Below, piece by piece: positions 10,231-21,006 of a stretch of DNA of 32,611 nt (position 1 is its first letter; each line of letters begins with the position of its first letter). The translations under genes and the position numbers were made by a program. The notes under the pieces were generated by a model that made no database searches, had not been told where the DNA came from, and worked only from the letters and a program-made list of their open reading frames with translations. Origin of the DNA: Chiloscyllium plagiosum (taxonomy: Eukaryota); the NCBI RefSeq assembly GCF_004010195.1, contig NC_057719.1, positions 8,968,221 to 9,000,831 on the forward strand, in the 5' to 3' direction.

Positions 10231-11027
10231 GACTGTTAATCCAGGGACTCGGGTAATGTTCTGGGGATCTGGGTTTGAGTTCTCCCATGGTAGGTGGCAG
10301 AATTTGAATTCAATCAAACAAAAATCTAGAGTTAAAGTCAAGTTGTCAATTGGCGGGGGAAAAGATCATCTGGTTCATTAATGCCTTATGAGGAAGTAAA
10401 CTGTTAGCAATGAGGTTGACTCTTAGCTGCCCTCTGGGCAATTAAGGATGGGCAATAAATGCTGATCGAGCCATCGATGCCCTCATCCTGGAATAAAATA
10501 TTAAGCTTGGAGATGCCTACTGCTCCTTGCATTTCCCATTCCCATAAACAAGTTTCAGATCAAGGAAGCTTCAGGGTGGGCCTTTTCCTCTAGTTGTCTG
10601 GGCTGGCCTGTTCACAAACATGGTCTTGTTCAGGAGCTGACTAAACTTGTGTTCTTCCTTGTGTGAATTGCAATTTTCCAGAAAAGGAAAAGGAAAGGTC
10701 AGCCTTGAGATGGAAAGACAGTTTACTGACACCGTCTGTACCTCGAGGTTACAACATGAATGTGAAGTGAATGTTGCCAGAGCAACGCGGATCCTCTGAG
10801 TGAACTGAACCATACTATCACCACTTTGAGGATTGTGCAAGGCTGTGGGATTTCTCAAAGCAGCACCTGGGGCTACGGAAATGCAAATCTTTCTTTCTCA
10901 TCCTTGGTCGTAAAGACTGAAAGGCGAGTCAAAGAAATGGGAAATGCTCAACACACACACGGCCAAAGAGAGGGACAGACCTGGGTGCAAGAGAACCTGG
11001 CCTGATGCATTTGGCTGTCCATGATAG

Positions 11028-11195
11028 ATTATAGAATGACATGGCTCTAGTAGAGGCCATTCAGCTCATCGTGCCTGTTTTCCATCTCTCCCACTATCCT
11101 TTACCAATAATCTTTCAATCCTCGCTCCTTTAAATATTTACCTCACTCCCTTTTAACTGTAATGACTGAACCATCATTTGTCATCCTTTCAGGCG
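11028..11195 (-). mobile_element. old CR1 tail fragment
   Basis: atagaatgacatgg..gaggccattcagctcatcgtgcctg tail motif. Confidence 0.5.
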
Positions 11196-11759
11196 AGCTG
11201 AACTGCAGGTGTGGAGCGTGGTTTTGGAGGGGGCGGGGAGGTGGGGTGAGAAACCTTCAACTCTGATCTTGAAATGACAGGGCACCTCAAACAAACAAGG
11301 ACCTAACTGCAGGAGAGAATGTGTGCAGTGGATTAGTGAGGAGCATGGTGTCCTTCCTCTCCTGAAACCTGAAGCTCACAATAGACAGATGGGTTGAAGA
11401 TTCCCTCCCACTGGTGACTGCTTCATAGCTTTCGATGAGGTCATTTCCAAATATAATTTTTTAATCCGATGCTACCTGAATTCGAATATTCCACAACACA
11501 AGCTCCTTCTTTGTGTATTTTCTTCGATGTCATTCACACCCACATGTCCGAAATGCTGTCACGGAGCAAATTTCTATTTGTGGGACATCAAGCAGGTCAA
11601 TAAAAAAATAAAAATGGGTTCTCAAAATGACACTGCAATGGACAAAACAGAGGGAATAAAATGGTAAAGTGTCCCGAGCTTCACAGGAGCATTTTCAGAG
11701 AAGCTACATATTAAGCTAGTAAGTTCATGCAGGCTAAGTAAAGCAAGTTTTAAGCAGCA

Positions 11760-12390
11760 TTTTATTCTTGGATGGCAAGATTGTGGCATGAACCTTCTTG
11801 AATAGCTGCAGTCCCTGAGACACAGCTAAAGCCACAATGCTGCTCGGGAGGGAATAACCCAATGACATTGAAGGAACAATGTTATATTTCCACGTCAGGA
11901 TGGTGGATGATACGATAGGTCTAATAGTTTCTGGTCAATGGTCAGCCCCAGGATGTAGTGGTAATGTCATTGAACACCAAGGGGCAATGGTTGGAAGGAG
12001 CAGTGATATATTTCCAAGTCAGGATGGTTTGTAGCTGGGAGGGGAATTTGTAGATGGTACAGTTGGGAGTTGAGAAGGTGCTGTCAACAGTGCCTGGGTG
12101 CATCTCGCAGATGATACACACTGCTGCCACTGTGTGTCGGTGGTGGAGGGAGTTGACGTTGAAGATGTTGGATGGGATGCCAATTGATTGGGCTGATTGG
12201 ACCAGGCTGGTGTTGTTGAAGCTGCACCTTTCCAGGCAACTAGTGAGTATTCTATCACACGCCTGACTTGTGCTCTGTAGATGGTGGCCAAGCCTCAAGA
12301 AGTCAGGAGGTCAGATACTCTCCACAGAATTCCCAGTCTCTGACCTGATCTTATAACAACAATATTTACATGGATAATCCAGTTCAGTAG
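11760..12390 (-). mobile_element. LINE family A 3' fragment
   Basis: ORFs 12019-12291 (TIYRAQVRRVIEYSLVAW) and 11942-12298 (SLHHRHTVAAVCII) are frameshifted pieces of the ORF also seen at 363-908. Confidence 0.85.
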
Positions 12391-12550
12391 GGGAATAGCG
12401 TGAAGGTAGTGCTCAATGCTCAATGTTTAGAAAAGCAGGTTTGCTCATCCTGGGCTGACATCTTTACACTCACAAGAGAAAAGAGTCAAAAAGTAGCAGC
12501 CTTTCCAAACTTTTTGAAGCCACTTCAACTAGAAACAGAGAACAATTCTT

Positions 12551-12894
12551 TGACTGGGACAACACATCCATCCTAGGACAAGTCAAACTAAGACACGTAC
12601 GAGAGTTCCTAGAAGTATGGCATTCCAACCGGAACAAACACATCAAGTAAGACCTCATCTACCACCCCTGAGAAAAGGAACAGGAAGTGACTTCACCACA
12701 GGAAATGACATCACCAAACCAAAGACACCCATTTATAGATAAAAAGCAAGACTTTTCAGCATTGCTTCGCCTGAGGCCCACTGAAGATGTTACCTCGTAG
12801 GGTAGCGAAATGTCTGGAAATGAACCTTGCAGCTCAGCGAGCAAACCTACATTCAAAACCTCAACCTGAGCTACAAATCTTCTCAAAACTCGCT
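12551..12894 (+). mobile_element. Penelope-like element 3' end (family P2) with GIY-YIG C-terminal remnant
   Basis: From 12549 it translates FDWDNTSILGQVKLRHVREFLEVWHSNRN. Exact 9-bp duplication acaattctt at 12542-12550 and 12895-12903. Confidence 0.85.
12778..12817 (+). ncRNA. minimal hammerhead ribozyme motif (P2)
   Basis: Stem I CCA/TGG, CTGAAGA (12781-12787), stem II GTTACC-TCGTAG-GGTAGC, GAAA (12807-12810), T-GTC (CpG-decayed ACGT). Confidence 0.7.
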
Positions 12895-13221
12895 ACAATT
12901 CTTCAGTGTTACACAACAAGCAAAATAATTATTGTCAAAAAGAGACTTGGTAAGTGCTGCCCTTGAGACAGCAAACCATTATTACCAACAGAAACTGGTT
13001 ACTTCCATCTCTTAATAAGCTTGCCTAGATCACAGACTTACACAATCTCTCATCAATTGGTGCTGCATTACTGTACCATTTGTGAAGAACATTGTGTGAC
13101 TATTTAGTTAGAAGTATCCAACCACTTGTTACTGCTGCTGTGAAAATAAATATAAAGAGGTTTTTTTCAGAAAGCATTCTGTTACTTATTATTTCCAATT
13201 TTCTGTGATTCTGGAACAGTT

Positions 13222-13505
13222 TTCATGAGGTCCCAAAGGGCTTTACAAACCCATAAAGCAATTTTAAAATGCATTTGTTATCATGCATTCTGATAATGCC
13301 AAGGCTGCCTGGTTTTTAGTTGCTGATTGAAGGAAATATATTTCAGAACATTGAGAATAGTGTCCCTGCCCTTTGTCAGAATGATGCTATGTAAATTTAT
13401 ATGTTTTTCTGAGCAGACAGGTGGGCCTTCAGTCGAACCCCTCATGTGACAAAGTAGCACCCTGAGAATTTGTGCTGAATTGTCTGAGATGAGGCTATGA
13501 ACCTA
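13222..13505 (-). mobile_element. degenerate Deu-domain SINE (SacSINE1/AmnSINE1-like)
   Basis: tcccaaagggctttaca..tgataatgcca..gttgctgattgaagga..gggcct..tttgtgct..tgaacctaca follows my recollection of the reversed DeuSINE consensus. Not database-verified. Confidence 0.55.
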
Positions 13506-13970
13506 CAGAGTCATCCAGTCATATAGCACAGAAACAGACCCAGTCCACACCAAACATAATCCCAATCTAAACTAGTCCCACCTGCCTGCATTTGGCCCAT
13601 GTCCCCCAAATCTTTCCTATTCATTTACCTGTCCAAATGTCTTTCAGATGTTGTAACTGTAGCTGCATCCATCATTTCCTTTGGCAGTTCATTCCACATA
13701 TGAGCCACTTTCTGTGTGAAAAGGTTGTCCTTCATGTCCTTTTTAAATCTTTCTCTTAAAAATACGCCCCCTAATTTTGAACTGCCCTTTCCAGAGAAAA
13801 GACCCTTATCGATGCACCTCAGGATCTTATAAACCTCCATAAGGTCACCCATCAACCTCCTGCACTCCAGTGTAAGAGGTCCCAGGCTATTTTTTTATAT
13901 CTCAAACCCTCCATTCCCAGCACAATTCTGATAAATCTTTTCCAAACCCTCTCCAGCTTAATAATATCAT
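13506..13970 (-). mobile_element. HER1/CR1 LINE 3' end
   Basis: ORF 13625-13855 reads GDLMEVYKILR..FTQKVAHMWNELP, followed by the HER1 tail. Confidence 0.9.
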
Positions 13971-14029
13971 TGCAATGTTCTTTCTGAGAGAAACTGTGCT
14001 ACTCACTGAGCCAATGGATGGAAACTTCA

Positions 14030-14160
14030 TGTCAGGATTATGGGGAAAGGGGAGGAAAGTGGATGTGAGGAATGTTGGATCAGACATTATCCTATTCAAA
14101 GGTAGAGCAGGGCCAGAAGGGCTGAATGGCCTACTCCTGATACTATTTCTTATGGTTTTA
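14030..14160 (+). mobile_element. CR1 3' tail
   Basis: gaagggctgaatggcctactcctg..tttcttatgg. Confidence 0.75.
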
Positions 14161-14167
14161 CCAGACA

Positions 14168-14680
14168 CAGATTAAGCCAAGGTTTGATGTACACTTCTGG
14201 TCACCACATTACCAGAGGGACATAATTATTCCAGAGACAGTACAGAGGACTTTTTCAAGAATGTTGCCATGGCTTGTGAACTGCAGCTATGAATAAAGAG
14301 AGAACAGGTTAGGACTGTCTGACTTGGAACAGGGCAGGGGGGTCACTTAATTGAAGAGTGCAAACATAATGAGGGGTTCAGACGGAGCGCAGAGGCAAGA
14401 CCAGCACAGAGGGTGTCAATTAGTGGGGACCCGGACTTGAGGTGATCGATAGAAGCATTAGACAGGACATTTTTTTCATGGTAGGACTCTGGAATTCACT
14501 GCCTGGTTCGGGGCAGAAACTCTCAGCTCAATTACAAGGGACTTGGATGTGAACGTCACACCGTAACCTGTAAGGCTATGGATCAGATGTGGGAAAGTGG
14601 GTTTAAAATAGGCAGTCTGTTCATTCAGTCACCAGTGGGCTCAATGGCCTCTTTCTGTGCTGTAACCTTTCTCTAGTTCA
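14168..14680 (+). mobile_element. older CR1 3' fragment
   Basis: ttctggtcaccacattac (FWSPHY), tggaattcactgcct (WNSLP) and tail aatggcctctttctgtgctgtaa. Confidence 0.75.
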
Positions 14681-14828
14681 ACGGTTTCTTCACAAACCAA
14701 GTGAAGTCCAATTGGCCTTTGGTTTGTCAGCCTTGGCTGCAACATTCCAACTTCTCTCAAACTCCTGTCTCCTTTCCCCTGGAAGTGATGATGGTACAGT
14801 CTGGCTGTTTCTCTCTCTCTCTTGTTGC

Positions 14829-14999
14829 TCCAACAGGTTTATTTGGAAGTACTAGCTTTTGGAGCGATGAAGGAAGCTACCTACTGAAGGAGCAATGCTT
14901 TGAAGGCATGTACTTCCGAATAAACCTGTTGGATTATAACCTGGTGTCATGTGATTTTTAACTTTGTACATCCCAGTCCAACACCGGCACCTCCACATT
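14829..14999. mobile_element. fold-back Penelope-like mini-insertion (family P3)
   Basis: Inverted arms ccaacaggtttatttggaagtac / gtacttccgaataaacctgttgg. Flanking ttgttgctcc (14822-14831) and ttgtagctcc (15000-15009). Confidence 0.7.
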
Positions 15000-15507
15000 T
15001 TGTAGCTCCCTCAAGGGGCTTTTTTCATATATGGGCCTAATTAGCTTTTGACTGTGGGAGTGCAGAGGCCGGCCTGATCGGAACCCACCATAACCTGCAA
15101 CTGTAGTCTCCATTCGACAACAATCAGGATGGGTCAGCCATCAGGATGGTAACTGTAGCCTGAGCTCTTTCTCCAGCTCTGAAGGTACAGCTGACAATCT
15201 TTGACTCACATCCAACAGTGAGCAGCCAACTCTGAACATATTGTGTTGGAGTGGGTGGGTATATCCGGCCAACTCATACCACGTGCAGCTCAATACCAGC
15301 CAGATGGTAAGGTGACTGGTGACTATATTTATGACTTGTTGGTTGCCAATTAACCCATATTATGCACAATGGGAAACAATTCTCAAAAATAATGTTCCCA
15401 AAGAATGTTCAACGTGAATTAGAGGGAAAAAAAGCCAGTAAGTTTACATGCTTAGCCTCTGGAAAGGAGCACAGATTATGATCGGAAACTCAGATAAGAC
15501 TGAATAG

Positions 15508-15651
15508 TTTAGACAGGACATTTCTTTCATGGTAGGACTCTGGAATTCACCGCCTGGTTTGGGGCAGAAACTCTCAGCTCAGTTATAAGGTACCTGGATG
15601 TGCACTGTAACCTGGAAGGCTATGGATCAGATATTGGAAAGTGAGACTATC
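15508..15651 (+). repeat. local copy of 14458-14599 flanked by a 13-bp direct repeat
   Basis: ttagacaggacattt..catggtaggactctggaattcac..ggctatggatcagat..gaaagtg occurs at both sites. taagactga(a/g)tag at 15495-15507 and 15652-15664. Confidence 0.8.
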
Positions 15652-15689
15652 TAAGACTGAGTAGATTTGAGAAATTAAAGCGTGAATTA

Positions 15690-16052
15690 AAGACATCAAG
15701 CTCATGGGGACAAGGGGAGACAAAGGGATGAATTTGGGATAGGGTCGGATCTACATTCCTAACTGTGAAACAGATCTTCATGATCAAGGAATGCCTGATA
15801 TATTGTCAGTTTTAAGTCTGTGATTGACAGATTTCTTTCAGTCAGACAGGAATATAATAGTATACCAAGTCAAGACTGGTGGATGGTTAGAATACTGATT
15901 CGCAATGATATCGCTGAATGATAGAACAGATTCGAGAGGTAGAATGGCGTTCTTTCATTCCTGTCATATAGAACTTTGGTTGGCCCACATTTGGAGTACT
16001 GTGCACAAGTCTCATGGCCATATTGAAAAAGAGAGGCACAGAGGCACTGGAG
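15690..16052 (+). mobile_element. cluster of old CR1 fragments
   Basis: Tail-like pieces plus ttggttggcccacatttggagtactgtgca (LVGPHLEYCA). Confidence 0.55.
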
Positions 16053-16054
16053 AA

Positions 16055-16380
16055 CTGAAGAAACAGGAGCCTGACGAGACCATTCAGTCCTTCAAACCTG
16101 CCTCCGCCATTCTATAAGATCACCAACTGATCTGTGCCAGGAAGCGGTTCAGTGCTACATCTCCTTGATATTTCAAACATCTCCTTATGTCCTCTGTAAG
16201 CACTTCCAATGATCCAGCTTCCACAACTTTCTAGGGTAGAAATTCACTCCCCTATGGGATTAGAAATTCCTTCCTCATCGCTGGAAACATCCTTGTGAAT
16301 CTTTCCTGCACTTTCCCTCATGTATACACATCATTCTCAAAATGTGGCTCCCAGACTCAGATGCAATACTCCATTTTAGG
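16055..16380 (-). mobile_element. old CR1 3' end
   Basis: gaccattcagtccttcaaacctgcctccgccattc tail and ggtagaaattc..agaaattccttcctcatc. Confidence 0.65.
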
Positions 16381-16414
16381 CAGAATTAGCGTCTTGTTTA
16401 AGTCCAATATTACC

Positions 16415-16600
16415 AATGCCATGCAGGTTAGGATGGATAGGCCATGCTAAATTGTCCATAGTGTCCAGGGATTTACATGCCAGGTGGATTAGCCAAGGGA
16501 AATGCAGGGTTACAGGGACAGAGTAGGGGGCTGGATCTGGGTGGGATGCTCTTAGGAGGGCCGAATGGCTTGTTTCCACACTGTAGGGATTCTATGATCC
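16415..16600 (+). mobile_element. HE1 SINE 3' half
   Basis: tgcaggttagg..ggccatgctaaattgtcc..tgtttccacactgtagggattctatga. Confidence 0.85.
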
Positions 16601-16791
16601 CATACTCTGCTGCTATTACTAATGCCAAGGATACTGTATGTTTTGTTAACTGCTCTCAAACCTGTCAGCAACCCAAGAACTGACAGGTTACAACTCTTGG
16701 AATTACTGAACAGAATGGGCTCCTTTTGGAGCCCCAAAAACACTTTGGGATGTTTTACATGAGGGAGATATTCCATTCCATTCAGTGCAAT

Positions 16792-17022
16792 CAAAGCAAT
16801 GCCCTAAGGATGCCGGATATTTGAAATAAAAACATGGAAAATGCTGGAGAAACCCAGCAGATTCGGCAACATCCATGGAGAGAGACGCAGAGTTAACGTT
16901 TTGAGTTCACTATGACTCTTTGAAACTAGGAGGAAGGTTGTGGAAAAATGTCATATTGGACTTCAACCATTAACTCGTTTCTTTACTGCACAGATACTGC
17001 TGAGTTCCTCCAGCACTTTCTC
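16792..17022. mobile_element. old fold-back Penelope-like remnant (family P5)
   Basis: Inverted arms aaatgctggagaaacccagcag..gagttaacgttttgagt / ttaactc..ctgctgagttcctccagcactt. Confidence 0.6.
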
Positions 17023-17149
17023 TAAAAATGCAAAATGCTGTTTATTCCTGGACTGGCTGTGATTCCTTGTGGAATTCACAGATGAATCCTATGCCTATTC
17101 TTTTTTCCCCAATTGACCCCCATGCATTTCCCTGACCCTACCAAGTGAT

Positions 17150-17577
17150 AGTCGAAAAGTGTGGTGCTGTAAAAGCACAGCAAGTCAGGCAGCATCCTAT
17201 GAGCAGGAGAGTCGACGTGGCAGAAGCCCTTCATCAGGAATGTTGTGGGGGGGTCGTGGTGGAAAAAGGAGGCAGAGAGATAAGTAGGAGGGTGGGGGTG
17301 AGGTAGCTTGGCACAGGTGGGAGGTGCTTTTGATGGGTTGGTGGGTAGGGTAGAGCGACAGGTGGGAAGGAAGATGGATGGGTAGGACAGGTCAAGAGGG
17401 CGGTGCTGAAATGGAGGGCTGGATCTGGGATGAGCTGGGGGGAGGAGCGATTTGGAAACTTGTGAAGTCAATGCTGATACTGTGTGGTTGTAGGGTCCCG
17501 AGGCGAAAGTTGAAGTGTTCTTCCTCCAGTCAGAGGGTGGATTTGTGTGGATTCTTTTGAGGATGGAGAACAGCATA
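17150..17577 (-). mobile_element. Penelope-like element 3' end (P1) with GIY-YIG C-terminus
   Basis: Minus strand about 17530-17450 reads LEEEHFNFRLGTLQPHSISIDFTSFQI. The pLTR has ctgatgaagggcttctgcc with the GAAA deleted. Confidence 0.85.
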
Positions 17578-17719
17578 AGTCCTTTACAGGTCTGGGAGAG
17601 TGAGGCCGTGAGCTGGGACAGGGCTGACTGATGAAATGGCAACATTCCCGAGTGAAGTTTTCAAAACGTCCTGATTTGTTCCCATCAGAGAATGGGCTTA
17701 CTTTTGGTTACTCATAAAC

Positions 17720-17925
17720 CAGGTCCTGTTGAATATTCCCCTCTCTGAATTTGCACCATTCAGATAATGCTCCACCTTCCTGTTTTTTGCTCCCAAAGTG
17801 GATAACCTCAGATGTATCCACATTATACTGCATCTGCCATGTATTTGTCCTCTCACTCGACCTGTCCAAACTACACTGCAAATTCTCTGTGGCCTCCTCC
17901 CAGCACATCCTCCCACCCAGCTTTA
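17720..17925 (-). mobile_element. CR1 RT-domain C-terminal fragment
   Basis: ORF 17708-17908 reads WQMQYNVDTSEVIHFGSK (CR1 WQMxFNxxKCxVxHFG motif). Confidence 0.85.
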
Positions 17926-18154
17926 TGTCACATGGTGGAAAGATTTACAAGCTGATATGTCCAGATTATAGACACAACTGCCATGGCCTCCAGACTCAGA
18001 GGCAGGGGCACTACCCATTGCATCACAAGACCGTCCATTAATCAGGTGTCTGCAATAACCCTTGTTTTATTTTGATGAGCAGATAAAATGAACAAAAAGC
18101 AGAAAGGATTCTGCTCAACTTAATATAAGGTTCAATTTTTAGCAAATTCATGAT

Positions 18155-18413
18155 AGATTGATAGAATCATAGAATCCCTGCACTGTGGAAACAGGCCATT
18201 CGGCCCAAAAGGTCCACACCAACCCTCCCAAAGTAACCCACCAGATCCATTGCCCTCGCCTATTACTCCACATTTCCCCTGACTAATGCACCTAACCCAC
18301 ACATCCCTGAACACTATAGGCAACTTAGCATGGCCAATTCACCTAAACTGCACATTTTTGGACTGTGGGAGGAAACTGGAGCACCCGGAAGAAACCCACA
18401 CAGACATGGGGAG
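18155..18413 (-). mobile_element. HE1 SINE, 5'-truncated
   Basis: Tail atagaatcatagaatccctgcactgtggaaacaggcc and V-domain ttggactgtgggaggaaac. Confidence 0.9.
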
Positions 18414-18424
18414 TCTTTAAATTG

Positions 18425-18765
18425 CGGAGGTGATGGTGTTATGGTCATATTGCTGGACTAGTAATCCAATACGTCAAGCCAATGTCTTGGGTTCAAATCC
18501 CACCATGGCAGATGGAAAAGTTCATTTCAACAATTACAAAAGCTAATCCTAATGGCGACTATTACCAAGTGATGTTAAAAGCCCATCTGGTTCACTCATG
18601 CCCTTTCGGGAAGGAAATCTGCCATCCTTATCTGATCTGGCCTGCATGTGACTCCAGATCCAATGCGGTAACTTTTAACCATCCTCTAGACAATGAGGGA
18701 CGTGCAATAAATGCTGGCCCAGCCAGTGATGCCCTCATCCCATGGTTTGAAAATAAAATAAATGG
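18425..18765 (+). mobile_element. SINE family B, near full length
   Basis: B-box gggttcaaatccc, core ccatctggttcact..gggaaggaaatctgccatcctta, tail caataaatgctggcccagccagtgatgccctcatccc. Confidence 0.85.
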
Positions 18766-19644
18766 AGTTAAACAATTTATGGGTGGTGTCAGTCACATGA
18801 CCTTGCCAAGCAGACTCAAAAGGCAATTGAGCACGTTGTCGTCTCCGGTTCCAATCAAGGCCAATTGCCCACTTTAGTGTCTTTCCCCTGCACAATCCTG
18901 CAGTCAGAACACAGGCGCCAATCAATGACAAGGTAGTTTGATGGGCTGAATAGACTCCTGAATGCTCCAGGGAGTAGCAGAGGTCATTATGGAGATTTCC
19001 TCCTTATTTTTAGACACAGAACTCGCTGATTGTGTGATGACAAAATGCCACTTTAAAGCACAATGACAGCATAAAACGCAATCTGACCGGTGTAATTGGG
19101 CTGTAGGAGTTGGGGTGGGGGTGGGGGTGGGGGGGAAGGGGAGAGCAACAGGAAGAAAAGTGAACCTCAAAGTGCTCTGTACTGCTAGTTAAAGCATTGC
19201 TTAAAAATCCAACAGACAAAAATCAACAGCTGCCCTTGTCTCAAACTACAGCAGCAGTAACCTCAGGGAAATATAAATTTAACTTAAAAATCAGAACGAT
19301 TACTTTATATTCGACGGTACAGATCTCACAAATGTGATTAAACATCAACATTCTATTTCAATCGCTTGTTTGACTCGATTCCCATATTCACTCCCAAACT
19401 CGCTCAGAGTCTTCGACACTGAGAAAGCCAAACTGCAATTTTCTCTCAGAATCTGGCCCACTTGATACCAATGGTACATGAAGTCACAGACTAAAATTTA
19501 TGATGCACCTGTCAATTCTCCAGCTCTAATCCTGATTTCTACAGAGTCAGTAAAATAGAAGGAAATCCACTGACATAGCACTGTTCAGGCAGGCATCCAT
19601 CCAGATTCCACTCACTAAACACAAAGTGGATGAAAACATTGTTG

Positions 19645-19785
19645 CCATAGAATCCCTACAGTGTGGAAACAGGCCCTTCGACCCAACAAGTCCACACCGA
19701 CCCTCCGAAGAGTAACCCGCCCAGACCCATTTACCACAGATTAATGAACCTAACCTACACATCCCTCAACACTGTGGGCAATTTA
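19645..19785 (-). mobile_element. HE1 SINE tail fragment
   Basis: catagaatccctacagtgtggaaacaggcccttcg. Confidence 0.85.
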
Positions 19786-20047
19786 CTGTATAAACATACA
19801 TGCAATTACATTAATTAGGAGCAGAAGCAGGCCATTCAGCCCATCTAATCTGCTATGCATTAAGATCATGGCTGATCATTTTTTCTTTAGAAACCCCCAC
19901 GTTCCCATCGACCACTAACCTTTGACTCCCCTGACAATTCATCTTGACCATAAAGATTAGATTAGATTAGATTACAGTGTGGATATTCAATATTCAATGA
20001 CCCAGTCTTGGCTGCCTTCTGAGGCAGAGAATTCCTAAGCTGGACAA

Positions 20048-20368
20048 ATTAGATTACATTAGATTACATTACAGTGTGGAAACAGGCCCTTCGGCCCAAC
20101 AAGTCCATGCCGACCCGCCGAAGCGCAACCCACCCATACCCCTACATTTACCCCTTACCTAACACTACGGGCAATTTAGCATGGCCAATTCACCTAACCT
20201 GCACATCTTTGGACTGTGGGAGGAAATCGGAGCACGCGGAGGAAACCCACGCAGACACGGGGAGAACGTGCAAACTCCACACAGTCAGTCGCCTGAGGCG
20301 GGAATTGAACCCGGGTCTCTGGCGCTGTGAGGCAGCAGTGCTAACCACTGTGCCACCGTGCCGCCCAC
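20048..20368 (-). mobile_element. full-length young HE1 V-SINE
   Basis: CpG-rich with intact A and B boxes (ggcggcacggtggcacagtggttagc, gggttcaattcc), V-domain and tgtaatctaa-type tail. Confidence 0.95.
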
Positions 20369-20570
20369 GGTAGAGTTGCCATCGTCCCAATCTCTCATTA
20401 GAGAGAGAGAGATAGCTGGTGGTGGTTTAGCCTGAGGGTCACCAGGCCTCTGGTGAGAGGGGAGAGGTTGAGAAGGAGAATCCTTCATAGTACCCTTAGC
20501 CGGTACAGTAATGTAACCCATGTGGTATTAGACCACACTGTAAACCAGCCGTCAAGCCAACTGAGTTAAC
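20369..20570 (-). mobile_element. tRNA-derived SINE family C
   Basis: The reverse reads gttaactcagttggcttgacggctggttt..ctctcccct..ggtgaccctcagg. Homologous to 1724-1866. Confidence 0.65.
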
Positions 20571-21006
20571 ACCTTGAGAGAACTAAAGTACACTCGTCTC
20601 TGTCCTAAATTGAGACTCTTGATTTTTAAAACAGACTCCCTTCGTCCTGGACTCACCCTCACCTCACTCTTCCAAAGTTCAGCCTGTGCAACCTATCCTC
20701 CTGAAACAATCTTCTCATTCTACGCATCAAACCATCTCTAACACATTTATATCCTCTTTAAATAATAAGACCAAATCTCCACATTATATTCCAGAAGTCA
20801 CATCACCAACAATTGAAACCAAACACCCAGAATGCCCTTGCCTTTACTTATATGCTCAATTCAATAGTGGGGGGGGGGGGGGCCTTAGGAATTCTCTGCC
20901 TCAGAAGGTAGCTGAGGATGGATCATTGAATATTTTTATGGTAGAGATGAATTGTCAGGCAGGGGAGTCAAAGGTTACTCATGTATTCCTGTACTTCAGT
21001 GCACGT

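Larger units (their letters stand above)
9771..10500 (+). mobile_element. SINE family B carrying two nested insertions
   Basis: Head ggggtgatggcttagtggta, then ttatcactggactgttaatcca, then body and tail caataaatgctga..gccctcatcc. Confidence 0.75.

Noticed and set aside
10571..10858. 95-aa minus-strand ORF in unique sequence
   Set aside because: Non-ATG start, no recognisable domain and no convincing splice sites.
17076..17645. Longest ORF (189 aa)
   Set aside because: Out-of-frame read-through of a Penelope remnant and its low-complexity 3' region. The real GIY-YIG residues are in another frame.
20290..20368. tRNA-like sequences with A/B boxes (also 4211, 18430, 21007)
   Set aside because: SINE heads continuous with SINE bodies and tails, not tRNA genes.
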